64,000 nucleotides of DNA from Candidatus Latescibacterota bacterium (GTDB lineage Bacteria; Latescibacterota; CBDEFO01): contig CBDEFO010000007.1 of assembly GCA_965237525.1 (NCBI GenBank), positions 576,001 through 640,000 of the forward strand, written 5' to 3'. Both the position numbers and the translations under genes were made by a program. This document shows, one piece after another, positions 43,112 through 54,323 of this stretch. How positions within the stretch are numbered: the stretch's first letter is position 1; every line of letters starts with the position of its first letter. Under the pieces are notes generated by a model. It worked only from the letters and a program-made list of their open reading frames with translations. It ran no database searches and had not been told where the DNA came from.

Positions 43112-44818
43112 ATGGCTAAAAGCAAGATACCCGCACTTGAAAAGATAATCAAGAAGAACCCCAACTCAATCGTCTTCGCCCGCCTGGCGCAGAGCTACTT
43201 GGACGAGGGGGATCCGGATGCGGCTCTTCAAATATGTCAGGAGGGACTGACCCTCTACCCTGACTACGCCACTGCTCATATAGTCATGGGCAGATGCTAC
43301 ATGGCGTCTGGAGACAGAGACAATTCCAGAAGAGCCTTCAAAAAGGCCTTGCGCTACGATCCCCAGAGTCTGCCTGCCTTGGAAGGACTGGCTGATATCA
43401 ACCGAGATGAGGGCTCTGACAGATTGGTGTTGAGCAACCTGAAGAGGTCCTTGAACCTGGATCCGCTTGACCCTAACCTCAAAGAAGAGATAGCAGCTCT
43501 CTCGGAGGCCGTTGAAGCACAAGTTTCGACGATTGTGACTGAGATTCCTCCTGCTCCCGAAGAAGCTCCTTCCAATCAAGTTGAGGTAGAAGAACCCGTC
43601 GGTGCAGTGCCAGTGCCCTCCGGAGAAGCTGTGGACGCGGACGATGAGATGAGCGCTATACTGTCTGCGGCAGGTATCTCCTTAGACGAAGAGAAGGAGG
43701 AAATTCCTGAGGCTGAAACGGCTGTTTTGGAAGAAGAAACGTCGGAGCAGGAGGCAGATGTCCTTGAAACTGCCGGGGAACCTGCGGAAGCCGCGCCTGA
43801 AACTGCTGAAGAATCAGGGGAAACTCCGGGTGACGTATTGATGGAGCTGGAAGAGGTAGAAAGCCAGGTCACTCAAGAGGAGGAACCGATGCCGGGAGTC
43901 ACTGACACCGTAGAGACTCCGGCTCTGGAGGAAGGACCACAGGAGGAAGCTCTTGCCGATACGGAGACATCAGTTGAGGATGCTCCTTCTGTTGAAGTAG
44001 AGGGGACAGAAGAGGAGGCCCCCGCTGAGACGTCAGAGATAGAGGATTTCCTTGGTGGGATGGATACAGAGTCTCGAGAGACAGAAGTTGAGGAGGAGGT
44101 TCCTTCTGTTGAGGCAGAAGAGGGAGTTCCTGCTGAGGCACCAGAAGTGGAGGCTTTGCTCGCTGGGATAGATACAGAATCTCAGGCGGCAGAAGTTGAA
44201 GAGGATGCTCCTTCTGTTAAAGCAGAAGAGGGAGGTCCTGCCGAGACGTCAGATGTAGAGGATTTTCTGGCTGGGATGGATACAGAGTCTCGAGAGACAG
44301 AAGTTGAGGATGCTCCTTCTGTTGAGGCAGAAGAGGGAGTTCCTGCTGAGACATCAGACGTGGAAGATTTCCTTGTTGGGATGGGTACAGAGTTGCAAGA
44401 GACAGAAGTTGAGGAGGCTTCTTCTTCTAAGGCAGAAGAGCGAGGTCCTGATGAGGCACCAGACGTGGAGGATTTCCTGGCTCAGATACAAGCAGAGTCT
44501 CAAGAGACAGAAGGTGAGGAGGAAGCTCCTTCCTCTGAGACTCCCAGTATAGAAACTGAGCCTGCTGAGGATATAGCTTCGGATGTGACCGAAACGGCGC
44601 AAAGACCTGCTATACCAGAGGAGGAAGATAGCGGTGACGACTACGATGAAATAGCCACTGCTACTTTAGCAGATGTATATGCTGATCAGGGTTTCTTCGA
44701 TGAAGCCATAGAGATTTACGAAAAGCTCTTGGAAGAAAGTCCGGACGATGAGGAGGTAAAGAGCAAAATAGAAGAACTCAAAAAAAAGAAAGCTGATCAG
44801 GAAGGACAGGGAGAATAG
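43112..44818 (+). CDS. TPR protein with long acidic repeat linker
   Basis: N-terminal TPRs, acidic centre, C-terminal ATLADVYADQG TPR. Confidence 0.85.
   Translation: MAKSKIPALEKIIKKNPNSIVFARLAQSYLDEGDPDAALQICQEGLTLYPDYATAHIVMGRCYMASGDRDNSRRAFKKALRYDPQSLPALEGLADINRDEGSDRLVLSNLKRSLNLDPLDPNLKEEIAALSEAVEAQVSTIVTEIPPAPEEAPSNQVEVEEPVGAVPVPSGEAVDADDEMSAILSAAGISLDEEKEEIPEAETAVLEEETSEQEADVLETAGEPAEAAPETAEESGETPGDVLMELEEVESQVTQEEEPMPGVTDTVETPALEEGPQEEALADTETSVEDAPSVEVEGTEEEAPAETSEIEDFLGGMDTESRETEVEEEVPSVEAEEGVPAEAPEVEALLAGIDTESQAAEVEEDAPSVKAEEGGPAETSDVEDFLAGMDTESRETEVEDAPSVEAEEGVPAETSDVEDFLVGMGTELQETEVEEASSSKAEERGPDEAPDVEDFLAQIQAESQETEGEEEAPSSETPSIETEPAEDIASDVTETAQRPAIPEEEDSGDDYDEIATATLADVYADQGFFDEAIEIYEKLLEESPDDEEVKSKIEELKKKKADQEGQGE
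43975..44535 (+). repeat. About five 35-39-aa acidic coding repeats
   Basis: EDAPSVEAEEGVPAETSDVEDFLAGMDTESRETEV-like units. Confidence 0.9.
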
Positions 44819-44824
44819 GGGGAT

Positions 44825-45382
44825 ATGGCGACAACAACGGACTTCAGGAACGGAATGGTGATAAATCAGGACAAAGAACTCTATTTGATAAACTACTTTC
44901 AGCATGTAAAGCCGGGAAAAGGCGGAGCGTTCGTCAGGACGAAGCTCAAGAACGTTAAAACTGGAGCCATCATAGACAAGACCTTTCGCGCTGGGGAAAA
45001 AGTTGAAGAGGTCAGGCTCGAAAAAAGAGAAATGCAGTATCTATACAAAGATGGCCAAATCTACTACTTGATGGACAGCGAGACCTTCGAACAGTATCCT
45101 ATCTCAGCGAATCTGATCGCTGACGCCGCCAGATTCTTGAAGGAAAACGAGAAGGTCTTCGTCCTTATGGATAATGATGTTCCCATCACATTCGAGCTTC
45201 CGTTCTTTGTAGAGATAAAAGTGGTCGATACGGATCCTGGAATAAGAGGAGATACCGCCACAGGAGGGACAAAGCCTGCGACTTTGGAGACGGGAGCTGT
45301 AGTGCAGGTGCCACTTTTCATAAACATCGGGGATACTCTAAAGATCGATACAAGGACAGGGGAATATATAGAAAGAGTCTGA
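44825..45382 (+). CDS. efp: Elongation factor P
   Basis: [22 protein letters not shown]. Confidence 0.97.
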   Translation: MATTTDFRNGMVINQDKELYLINYFQHVKPGKGGAFVRTKLKNVKTGAIIDKTFRAGEKVEEVRLEKREMQYLYKDGQIYYLMDSETFEQYPISANLIADAARFLKENEKVFVLMDNDVPITFELPFFVEIKVVDTDPGIRGDTATGGTKPATLETGAVVQVPLFINIGDTLKIDTRTGEYIERV

Positions 45383-45456
45383 TAAACAGTGGAAGGTAGT
45401 CGGTAGACAGGGAACTGCCTCCCTCCTCTGTTTGCTGTCTACTCCAAGGGGGGGCA

Positions 45457-45921
45457 TTGAGCATATCTGGAATCAGGAGGTCTATAGAGAAACTAATAGA
45501 AATTATCGAGGAAAACAACCTCGATGAAATAGAGGTATCTCGATGGTGGGGTCTGACAAAAATCAAAGTTGTCAGACGTAGTTTTTCTACCTCTGTGCCT
45601 GTCCAAAAGAAGGCCGAGTCCCAGGTTGAAGTACTTGAACCGGTTGAAGAGGTTCCCGAAGAAACTGTCCCCCATGGTCTCTATGAGATCAGGTCACCTA
45701 TGGTCGGAACTTTTTATCACTCACCTTCTCCCGGTGCAGAGCCGTACGTCAAAGAGAAAGATATGGTCTCTCCAGGTCAGATAGTCTGTATCATAGAGGC
45801 TATGAAGATAATGAACCCAATAGAATCCGACGTCAAAGGGGAGATAGTTGAAATCCTCGTTGAGAACGCCCAGCCTGTGGAATTTCACCAAAGACTTTTC
45901 CTGATAAGACCTACTGCTTGA
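45457..45921 (+). CDS. accB: Biotin carboxyl carrier protein
   Basis: [15 protein letters not shown]. Confidence 0.96.
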   Translation: MSISGIRRSIEKLIEIIEENNLDEIEVSRWWGLTKIKVVRRSFSTSVPVQKKAESQVEVLEPVEEVPEETVPHGLYEIRSPMVGTFYHSPSPGAEPYVKEKDMVSPGQIVCIIEAMKIMNPIESDVKGEIVEILVENAQPVEFHQRLFLIRPTA

Positions 45922-46025
45922 AAGGATCAGAAAGTGGAAGGGACAAAGTCGCGCATGCAAAGGGCTTTCAACAATTTGGAGCCGTTTTACCCCCCACTAC
46001 CATACCAAATAAAGAGAGCGGAATA

Positions 46026-47381
46026 TTGTTTAGCAAGATTCTGGTAGCAGACAGAGGCGAGATAGCGCTCAGAGTGATAAGGGCCTGCAAGGAGTTAGGA
46101 ATAGACACAGTAGCCGTTCACTCAGAAGCTGATGCTAACTCACTGCACGTAAAGTTTGCCGACGAAGACGTATGCATAGGTCCGGCCAAAGGTGAAAAGA
46201 GCTACCGGAATATAACTAACATCATAAGCGCAGCGGAGATCACAAATGCAGATGCTATCCATCCGGGATACGGTCCTTTAGCTGAAAATAGCCACTTTGC
46301 AGAGGTATGTCAATCCTGTGGGATAAAGTTCATTGGGCCGAGCCCTGAGACGATAAGCAAAATGGGGGATAAGGCACTTGCTAGACGATTCATGAAGAAG
46401 ATAAAAGTGCCCGTAATCCCCGGTAGTGAAGGGCCTCTAGAAAATCTGGATATGGCGATACAGGAGGCAAGACAGATCGGATATCCTGTGATGCTCAAAG
46501 CCGTGGCGGGGGGAGGAGGGCGTGGGATGAGATTGGCTAGAGACGAAGAAGAACTCAAGCGTGAATGGCACCTGGTAAAATCCGAAGCCCAAGCCGCTTT
46601 CTCAAATTCGGACATCTATCTGGAAAAATACCTGGAGATGCCTAGACATATCGAGATACAGGTTCTCGGCGATGAATCTGGGAATGTGGTCCGCTTCCCA
46701 GAAAGGGAGTGCTCCATACAAAGGAGGCATCAAAAGCTCATAGAGGAATCGCCCTCTGTTGCAGTCAACCCGTCCCTGCGTCAAAAGATAGGGGACGCCG
46801 CTCTATCTGGCGCCCAAGCTTTGCACTATTGTAGCGCCGGAACGATAGAGTTTCTCCTCGACAGAGAGGGGAAATTCTACTTTATTGAGATGAACACCCG
46901 AATACAGGTCGAACATCCCGTCACCGAGATGGTATGTGGAATCGACATTGTCAAGGAACAGATAAAGATAGCCCAGGGCGAAAGATTAAGTGTGGAGCAA
47001 AACGACATTTCCCTATCTGGTTGGGCTATTGAATGTCGCCTGAACGCTGAAGACCCCTTCAGAAACTTCACGCCCACTCCTGGAACTATCCAGAATCTGA
47101 ATCTGCCCGGCGGTCCAGGAATAAGGGTGGATACGCACATATATGCTGGATACAAAATTTCTCCATACTATGATTCACTGCTTGCCAAAGTCATCGCCCA
47201 CGGCAAGGATCGTGACGAAGCCATCTTGAGAATGAAGAGATGCCTCGAAGAGACTGTTATAGACGGAGTTACAACCACAGTACCCTTTCATCTTAGGGTC
47301 TTAGACAACCCCAACTTTAGAGAGGGGAAGATCTACGTGGAAAGCGCTATCAGCTATTTATCGTTCGACAGCAAACAGTAG
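46026..47381 (+). CDS. accC: Biotin carboxylase
   Basis: [28 protein letters not shown]. Confidence 0.96.
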   Translation: MFSKILVADRGEIALRVIRACKELGIDTVAVHSEADANSLHVKFADEDVCIGPAKGEKSYRNITNIISAAEITNADAIHPGYGPLAENSHFAEVCQSCGIKFIGPSPETISKMGDKALARRFMKKIKVPVIPGSEGPLENLDMAIQEARQIGYPVMLKAVAGGGGRGMRLARDEEELKREWHLVKSEAQAAFSNSDIYLEKYLEMPRHIEIQVLGDESGNVVRFPERECSIQRRHQKLIEESPSVAVNPSLRQKIGDAALSGAQALHYCSAGTIEFLLDREGKFYFIEMNTRIQVEHPVTEMVCGIDIVKEQIKIAQGERLSVEQNDISLSGWAIECRLNAEDPFRNFTPTPGTIQNLNLPGGPGIRVDTHIYAGYKISPYYDSLLAKVIAHGKDRDEAILRMKRCLEETVIDGVTTTVPFHLRVLDNPNFREGKIYVESAISYLSFDSKQ

Positions 47382-47443
47382 AACGGGAAGCGCTTCCCGT
47401 TCTACTGTCTACCGAGTACTGCCTACTATCTTTTGGGGTACTT

Positions 47444-47830
47444 ATGGCTCAGGTGCCTAAACATCTGCTCTATACCCACGAACACGAATGGATCCTTCAA
47501 GAAGGAGACATTGGAACAGTAGGAATAACCGACTACGCTCAAAGTGAACTAAGCGACATAGTGTTTGTGGAACTGCCACAGGTCCAAGATAGAATAAAAC
47601 AGGGAGAACCTTTCGGAACCATCGAAGCTGTTAAGGCAGTCGCAGACCTTTATGCTCCCGCATCAGGAGAGGTCATCCAAGTCAACGAATCCCTGGAGGA
47701 AGACGCCGGACAGGTGAACACAGATCCTTATGGCTCGGGATGGATGATCAAAATTCGCTTAGAGGATCCATCAGAACTTGAAAACGTTATGTCTGCAGAT
47801 GCATATCAAGACATGATCGATAGAATGTGA
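47444..47830 (+). CDS. gcvH: Glycine cleavage system H protein
   Basis: HEW, GITDYAQ, EAVKAV, PYGSGW. Confidence 0.96.
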   Translation: MAQVPKHLLYTHEHEWILQEGDIGTVGITDYAQSELSDIVFVELPQVQDRIKQGEPFGTIEAVKAVADLYAPASGEVIQVNESLEEDAGQVNTDPYGSGWMIKIRLEDPSELENVMSADAYQDMIDRM

Positions 47831-47851
47831 AAGCTGTACAGACTCTACGGT

Positions 47852-49687
47852 TTGAAGATACTCATTTTGATGAAGATATTCCCCCTGATCTTTCTATCCG
47901 TCTTTCTCCTTTCCGTGCAGACAGCGCCCTCTCAAAATCCGCCCGTCAATGGAAGGTCGATTGCCAGACGCGATTCTGTTGTGACCCAAGCTTATAGTTT
48001 GAATGAACTCCTCTCTAAAAGAGATGAACTTATGAGCCGTGATATTCTCACAACCCTCGTCAAGGCTCAAAGGATAGATGCAACGGACCTTGCCGATCTT
48101 CTCAAATACACACCAGACGTAGACATAGTTGAAAGGGGGACCTGGGGGAGACTTCGCACAGCAGACATAGGGGGGTTAATTGGTGGAGGAGTCAGAGTGT
48201 TTACCAACGGCCGAGAGGAAATTCCGACCGACTATCGCGGTTTTGACCTCAATTTGCTCCCCGTCGGAGGAGTGGAAAGTATTCTCATCGATCCGATATT
48301 CGGAACTATTCACATCCGGACGAGATTGTCTCACAAAGGGTCGCCGATCACTCGAGGCTGGGCGCAATTTGGGGGAGATCGAGTCAACACTGCGGGAGTT
48401 GAATTCTCCAAGCTGATGTCTCCAAGTACAGGTGTTTATCTCTTCCGGGACTTCGGAAACAGGGAGACAGCAATCGATTTTAGAAAGAGGGTCATCACAG
48501 GCGGAATATTCAGAGACTCAAGAAGATGGAGACTTTCATCTTCCCTTTCAACATACAAATCCGAAGGTGATCCCACTGCCCCGCAAAATGGATTTCCCGT
48601 GGAGGAAAAACAAGATGAACACGTCTCGCTCAGCGTACAGGCCGATGTGTCACCTCGGGGGAATGTAATTCTTTCTTTAGGCGCGTCCATAGATCGCCTC
48701 GATCGCGAACTATCCGGGCTGCTCCTCCCAAGAGAGGACGACGTAGTTAGAGCATCATTCAAGGGCTCACTGATTTGGGAGAAGTATCTGATAGACCTTG
48801 AATTTTTGTCCCGAAGACGATATGTCGATGATCAAAATGAGGATCAAAAGACAGCTTATAAAGAGCACATTAATAGAGCTCAGCTCAACGCACACATATC
48901 CTTCTACGAAGACATAGATGTCCGTCTATTTGGCTCGATAGGGCGCCGTACAGCGTTCGACCTGCGAGCCGACGCCGGGCTTGTCCTCAACTACCGTCTT
49001 CGAGATGGCATCAAAGTTGCCGCATCCCTTCAAAGACTATCCCGCGAGCCGGAGTTTGACGAACTGAAATGGCAAAGATACGAAATAGCCCTTCCTCCTC
49101 AATCTGCAGAACTGAATAGGGAACGCCACATCGTCTCAACCATCAAGACAGCGCTCGATTTCTCTATGTGGTCTTTATTTCTGGCATTTTCCGAGAGACG
49201 CTCTGAAGACCTGATAGAACTTTCAGATGCACTGCTCCTATCTAATTTGGCCGGAGCCCGCATATCCAGCTTCACAGGTCAACTTTGCATTTACCCGATC
49301 CACAACGTCTTTGCACAGGTGAACTACCTCTTTATAGATGGTAAGAATCGTCAGACCGAAGGGGATCTTCTCCATCGTCCCCAAAGCCGTATCAAGGCTC
49401 TTATAGAGTGGAAGGATAGAATCTATCGTGAAAAGGTCGGACTCGGATTCCTCTTTGGGATAAGATACAGAGACACAAGCTCGGACTACGATCCTCTCAT
49501 AGTTGGAACTCCCGCAGTTCTGGGAAGGGGTGCATTAATGGAAATTAGAGGCACCTTAAGCCTTTTGAGGCTTACAGCTACATTTACGTTAGATAATTTG
49601 CTTGACGTCAATCAGTTTATCCGGTTTCGCCACTTCCAACAAAAGAGGTCCTTTCGCTGGGGTGTATACTGGGAGCTTCTAAATTAG
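47852..49687 (+). CDS. Outer-membrane beta-barrel with plug-like N-terminus (TonB-receptor/porin-like)
   Basis: Signal peptide, plug-like segment, amphipathic strands, ends GVYWELLN. Confidence 0.6.
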   Translation: MKILILMKIFPLIFLSVFLLSVQTAPSQNPPVNGRSIARRDSVVTQAYSLNELLSKRDELMSRDILTTLVKAQRIDATDLADLLKYTPDVDIVERGTWGRLRTADIGGLIGGGVRVFTNGREEIPTDYRGFDLNLLPVGGVESILIDPIFGTIHIRTRLSHKGSPITRGWAQFGGDRVNTAGVEFSKLMSPSTGVYLFRDFGNRETAIDFRKRVITGGIFRDSRRWRLSSSLSTYKSEGDPTAPQNGFPVEEKQDEHVSLSVQADVSPRGNVILSLGASIDRLDRELSGLLLPREDDVVRASFKGSLIWEKYLIDLEFLSRRRYVDDQNEDQKTAYKEHINRAQLNAHISFYEDIDVRLFGSIGRRTAFDLRADAGLVLNYRLRDGIKVAASLQRLSREPEFDELKWQRYEIALPPQSAELNRERHIVSTIKTALDFSMWSLFLAFSERRSEDLIELSDALLLSNLAGARISSFTGQLCIYPIHNVFAQVNYLFIDGKNRQTEGDLLHRPQSRIKALIEWKDRIYREKVGLGFLFGIRYRDTSSDYDPLIVGTPAVLGRGALMEIRGTLSLLRLTATFTLDNLLDVNQFIRFRHFQQKRSFRWGVYWELLN

Positions 49688-49821
49688 ACTCTATTCTAAT
49701 TCTCAATAACAGGTGACACTTGGAAAAAAAACTTGACTTTGTCATGCAAATATGCTAATTTTATTCACTTAAAGGTAAATTTAAGATTGGCCTCAAGATT
49801 ATCACTGCAGAAGGTCTATCT

Positions 49822-50328
49822 ATGTTGCTTAATCGCTACGTTCTCGTTTTGAATCGAAACTATGAGCCGCTGAGTGTGTGCAGTGTGCGCAGGGCTATAC
49901 TCCTCATCTTCAGGGGCAAGGCCCATATAGTGGAGGAGCTGGACAGCAAAATCCGAACTGTCCGGGAACATTTCCCTGTCCCAAGCGTGGTGCGCCTTGA
50001 GATATACGTTCGGATTCCTTACAAAAAAATTGTCCTCACCAAAAGGAATATTGTCAAAAGGGACAGACACCAGTGTCAATATTGCGGAACCACACAAGGT
50101 CCTATGACTGTGGATCACGTAATACCGCGCACTCAAGGAGGTAGAAACAGATGGGAAAACCTCGTCTGCGCCTGCATGAGGTGCAATGCTAAAAAGGGCC
50201 ACCAGTCCCCTGAACAGGCGGGTTTAAGCCTTATAAGAGAGCCCCGCTCACCTCATTTCCTTATGTTCATAAAAAACGTTGTTGAAGTCCCGGATCGAAG
50301 ATGGAGGCCTTATCTGTTCATGGATTGA
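49822..50328 (+). CDS. HNH endonuclease
   Basis: RD..CQYCG..TVDHVIP..WENLVCAC..CN. Confidence 0.92.
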   Translation: MLLNRYVLVLNRNYEPLSVCSVRRAILLIFRGKAHIVEELDSKIRTVREHFPVPSVVRLEIYVRIPYKKIVLTKRNIVKRDRHQCQYCGTTQGPMTVDHVIPRTQGGRNRWENLVCACMRCNAKKGHQSPEQAGLSLIREPRSPHFLMFIKNVVEVPDRRWRPYLFMD

Positions 50329-50392
50329 TAAGGTGCTCTACAAATATTGGCATGAATCGGCACTGGTTGCTCTATGAAACTCCGGAGAGTAG

Positions 50393-51376
50393 ATGTCTAA
50401 GGGCACGATATTGAGCGGAATGAGACCTACAGGAAGGATCCATCTGGGAAACTACGTAGGAGCCCTCGAAAACTGGGTCAATTTACAGAAAGATTACAAA
50501 AACTACCACATGGTAGCGGACTGGCATGTCCTGACTACTGGGTATGAGGATACGTCAGAGATTGGAAGACAAACCAGGGAGATGGTCATAGACTGGATAG
50601 CCGCAGGTATTGATCCTGAGAAGAGCCCCATATTTGTCCAGTCTCGGATCAAAGAACACTCAGAACTCCACCTGCTGTTCTCCATGCTCGTTACGACTGC
50701 AAGATTGGAGCGCAACCCCACGGTCAAAGAGCAGGTCAAGGACCTCAATTTAGAAGACAGGATAAGCTACGGTCTCTTGGGCTATCCGATACTCCAAGCC
50801 GCTGATATACTTATGTATAAAGCAGATGTCGTTCCTGTGGGAGAGGACCAGGCCCCTCACGTCGAGCTGACAAGGGAGATAGCAAGGCGCTTTAACTCTC
50901 TGTATGGAGAGGTTTTCCCTGAACCGGATTCGCTTTTGACCCCATTTGCAAGGCTCTCTGGAACCGACGGAAAAAGGATGAGCAAATCCGTCGGTAATAC
51001 TATATTAATATCCGATTCCTCCGAACAGATAAGCAAGAAAGTCTATTCTACCATAACAGATCCTCAGAAGATATATAAGAATGACCCCGGACGCCCCGAC
51101 ATCTGCACTGTCTTTACGTATCATAAGAAATTCAACCCGCCCGAGACGGAACAGATAAGAGCCGATTGCACAAGCGGAGCCCTGGGATGCGTTGACTGCA
51201 AGCAGAATCTTTCAAACAAACTTACGATATATTTTGAGCCCATAAGAGAAAAGAGGGCACAGTTAGAGTCCAAATCCAGCTATATTGACGGTGTCCTCAA
51301 CTTTGGCAACGAAAGTGCCCGTAAAGTATCTCAGGACACGATGAGACAGGTCCATGAGGCGATGAAGATAGGATAA
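50393..51376 (+). CDS. trpS: Tryptophanyl-tRNA synthetase
   Basis: HLGN, YPILQAADI, VGEDQ, RMSKS. Confidence 0.97.
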   Translation: MSKGTILSGMRPTGRIHLGNYVGALENWVNLQKDYKNYHMVADWHVLTTGYEDTSEIGRQTREMVIDWIAAGIDPEKSPIFVQSRIKEHSELHLLFSMLVTTARLERNPTVKEQVKDLNLEDRISYGLLGYPILQAADILMYKADVVPVGEDQAPHVELTREIARRFNSLYGEVFPEPDSLLTPFARLSGTDGKRMSKSVGNTILISDSSEQISKKVYSTITDPQKIYKNDPGRPDICTVFTYHKKFNPPETEQIRADCTSGALGCVDCKQNLSNKLTIYFEPIREKRAQLESKSSYIDGVLNFGNESARKVSQDTMRQVHEAMKIG

Positions 51377-51479
51377 AGAACAGTAGACATTAGCCCCCGA
51401 GTTAAATCGAGGGCAGCCAAGCAATCTCATTTAGACTGTTTTCTCTATATGCTGTCTACTTTCCAAATAGGATTATGTC

Positions 51480-52244
51480 ATGGCTTCGGATTCCAGCGCT
51501 AATCAGATACAACTGTTCGGCGACTCGTACGGCGTAAAATTAGAGGTCTTTGAAGGACCCCTGGATCTGCTTTTATACCTCATCAAAAGAGAAGAGATCG
51601 ACATATACGATATCCCCGTTGCTCATATCACCAGACAGTACCTGGAGTACGTCGAACTTATAAAGATGGTTAACATAGAACAGGCGGGCGATTTCGTCCT
51701 TATGGCTGCCACCTTGATGAAGATCAAGTCGCAGATGCTCCTGCCAAGACAACAGGAAGACGAGGAGGAAGAGGAGGATCCCAGAGAAGAGCTCGTCCGC
51801 AGGCTCCTGGATTACCAAAGATACAAAGAGATAGCCGAGTGGATGGACGAAAGGGAAATAGATCAAAAAGATGTCTTCTACCGCACGTTCGGACCTGGCA
51901 TAAAGAGTCAAGAAGAGCCCAAAGAAGGGCCCTTAATAACCGCTACGCTCTTTGATCTCCTCTATGCTTTCAGGGTGGTTCTGGAGAGCGCTCCAAAAGT
52001 TCCTCTTCACAGGATAAGAGGAAGCGAAGTCCATATAGAAGAGCAGATAGACTTCATTTTGATGATACTGGATAAGAGAAAGAAAATCCTCTTTATGGAT
52101 TTGGTCTCAGGTCAGGGAAGGCTCGCTATGATAGTCACGTTCATAGCTATCCTGGAACTCATCAAGACGCAACGGATAAGTGCAGTTCAGAATCGGCAAT
52201 ATGAAGATATATGGATACATAAAAAGGAGCAGTCTGATCTCTAA
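51480..52244 (+). CDS. scpA: Segregation/condensation protein A
   Basis: FEGPLDLLL, DPREELV, TFIAILEL. Confidence 0.95.
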   Translation: MASDSSANQIQLFGDSYGVKLEVFEGPLDLLLYLIKREEIDIYDIPVAHITRQYLEYVELIKMVNIEQAGDFVLMAATLMKIKSQMLLPRQQEDEEEEEDPREELVRRLLDYQRYKEIAEWMDEREIDQKDVFYRTFGPGIKSQEEPKEGPLITATLFDLLYAFRVVLESAPKVPLHRIRGSEVHIEEQIDFILMILDKRKKILFMDLVSGQGRLAMIVTFIAILELIKTQRISAVQNRQYEDIWIHKKEQSDL

Positions 52245-52335
52245 GAATCACGTGAAAATGATCGGGACAAAATATAGAGTTCCGAAATAGTTGACGGCGT
52301 ACACGAGCAGCGAGGCGCCTGCCTGCTTGCTTAAT

Positions 52336-52950
52336 ATGGACTTCAAAAAGATAAAATCCATAATAGAGTCGGTTGTCTTTTCGTCAGAAGTCCCGGTCAC
52401 GCCCGGCAGGTTGTCATCAATTTTGGACGGACTGGACGGAAGGACAATAAGACAGGCTATAGATGCCCTGAACGGGGAGTACGCCCAGACCGGTAGAACT
52501 TTCACAATCAGGGAAGTGGGAGGAGGCTACCTGATGTCAACGCTGCCTGAGTACGCATCTTGGATCAGAAAATTCCAAAAGGACAGGATATCGGCTAAGC
52601 TTTCCCAAGCTTCACTGGATACATTAGCTATCGTATCCTTCAGACAGCCGATTTCACGTCCACAGATAGAGAATATAAGAGGAGTCAACGTAGACGGAGT
52701 TATAAAGACTCTCTTAGAGAGGAATCTGATCAGGATAGTCGGACGTTCGGATAGGGTCGGCAGACCTCTGCTCTACGGAACTACTAAGGAGTTTTTGAGA
52801 TACTTTGGGCTAAAGACCCTTTCTGACCTCCCTAAGCCCAAAGAGCTTGAGGAACTTTTGGGAAAACATGGACAGGAAAACCCAGGCGACGACCAGGCTG
52901 AACAGGTTTCTGGCCAAAGCGGGGATAGCATCCAGGCGCAAGTGCGATGA
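52336..52950 (+). CDS. scpB: Segregation/condensation protein B
   Basis: LSQASLDTLA, IRGV, GRPLLYGTT, FGL..L.DLP. Confidence 0.95.
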   Translation: MDFKKIKSIIESVVFSSEVPVTPGRLSSILDGLDGRTIRQAIDALNGEYAQTGRTFTIREVGGGYLMSTLPEYASWIRKFQKDRISAKLSQASLDTLAIVSFRQPISRPQIENIRGVNVDGVIKTLLERNLIRIVGRSDRVGRPLLYGTTKEFLRYFGLKTLSDLPKPKELEELLGKHGQENPGDDQAEQVSGQSGDSIQAQVR

Positions 52951-53608
52951 GCTCATACGATCCGGAAGAGTTAAGCTCAACGGCATAAGAGTCACCAGTC
53001 CAGCTGAATATGTAGACCTGTGGAAAGATCGAGTAACCTTTGACGGTAAGGACATAAGCTATAGTGCAGAGCCAATTTACATAGTGCTGAATAAGGCCCA
53101 AGGATATATTACAACTGCGTGGGATACGCACAACAGAAAGACGGTATTTGATCTAATTGATGGCATAGAAGGCAGGATATTCTCCGTCGGACGCCTCGAC
53201 CTCGACACAGAGGGAGTTCTACTGCTTACAAATGACGGCCAGCTTGCTTTCAGGCTTATGCACCCAAGATACGAAATAAGTAAGACCTACGAAGCCCTGG
53301 TTGAAGGGATACCAGACTCAAAGAGCCTGAAAAGACTATCGTCAGGAGTAGTATTGGACGGAAAAAAGACCTCTCCTGCCGCTGTCAGGATTAAGAGGAA
53401 AGCGGGAGCAGATGCCGTTTTGGAAATTGCGATCCACCAAGGGCAAAAGAGGCAGATAAAGCGGATGTGCCAAAAGATCGGACATCCTGTAGTGGAACTG
53501 AGAAGGACTAACTTCGGCGGAATATCTGCCGTGGGGCTCGCAAGTGGAAAGTGGCGCTATCTCAAAAGTATTGAAGTGGAAGCGCTCAAAAGCTCCGTAG
53601 GCCTGTAA
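52868..53608 (+). CDS. rluB: rRNA pseudouridine synthase (RluB/RsuA family)
   Basis: S4 domain, GRLDLDTEG. Confidence 0.88.
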   Translation: MDRKTQATTRLNRFLAKAGIASRRKCDELIRSGRVKLNGIRVTSPAEYVDLWKDRVTFDGKDISYSAEPIYIVLNKAQGYITTAWDTHNRKTVFDLIDGIEGRIFSVGRLDLDTEGVLLLTNDGQLAFRLMHPRYEISKTYEALVEGIPDSKSLKRLSSGVVLDGKKTSPAAVRIKRKAGADAVLEIAIHQGQKRQIKRMCQKIGHPVVELRRTNFGGISAVGLASGKWRYLKSIEVEALKSSVGL

Positions 53609-54316
53609 TTGGATAGAAAAGCCATTGCAATTGTTATAGATGGTCCTGTCGCCTCTGGAAAGAGTACTACTGCCAGACTCGTCGCAGAGAGACTCGGCTA
53701 CCGATGCATCGACAGCGGAGCAATTTATAGAGCCCTTACGCTTAAGGCTCTGCGCCAATGCGTAGATATCCAGGACGAAGCAGCCATGGGGCGCTTGGTT
53801 TTGAGTACAGAGGTAGATCTGACGCAAAAAGATAGGAAACTGACAGTCCTTTTGGATGGGGAAGACGTGTCCGAACAGATACGCCTTCCGGAAGTTACAA
53901 ACAGCGTTGCTCCTGTATCTGAGATGAAGAGCGTAAGAGAGATCATCGTTCAGAGGCAAAGGGAGTTGGGAAAAGATAAAGCGATAGTTATGGAAGGCAG
54001 GGACACAGGAACAGTTGTCTTCCCCGACGCTGAGCTGAAGATATTCCTGACAGCAGACATAAGAGAGAGGGCCAAGAGGCGACATCTTGAACTTAAATCC
54101 AAAGGTATACATGTCGCCGTGAATGAGTTAGAAGAGGATATAAGAGAAAGAGATAGAAGAAACGTCCAAAGGAAGTACGGACCTGAAAAAAGGTCCGAAG
54201 ACGCTCAAGTGTTGGACACTACCGGGCTTACTGTAGATGAACAGGTGGACAGAATAGTTCAGATGGCAGAAGAACTTATACAGAATAAAAGCAAAGGAGA
54301 GGATACACTCTCTTAG
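53609..54316 (+). CDS. cmk: Cytidylate kinase
   Basis: DGPVASGKST, MEGRD.GTVVFPDA. Confidence 0.95.
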   Translation: MDRKAIAIVIDGPVASGKSTTARLVAERLGYRCIDSGAIYRALTLKALRQCVDIQDEAAMGRLVLSTEVDLTQKDRKLTVLLDGEDVSEQIRLPEVTNSVAPVSEMKSVREIIVQRQRELGKDKAIVMEGRDTGTVVFPDAELKIFLTADIRERAKRRHLELKSKGIHVAVNELEEDIRERDRRNVQRKYGPEKRSEDAQVLDTTGLTVDEQVDRIVQMAEELIQNKSKGEDTLS

Positions 54317-54323
54317 CATGTGA

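Noticed and set aside
49822..50328. HNH nuclease as a defence or RNA-guided system
   Set aside because: Ordinary stand-alone HNH in a housekeeping context with no array, ncRNA or partner genes.
53342..54112. 256-aa minus-strand ORF
   Set aside because: Antisense to rluB/cmk with no motifs.
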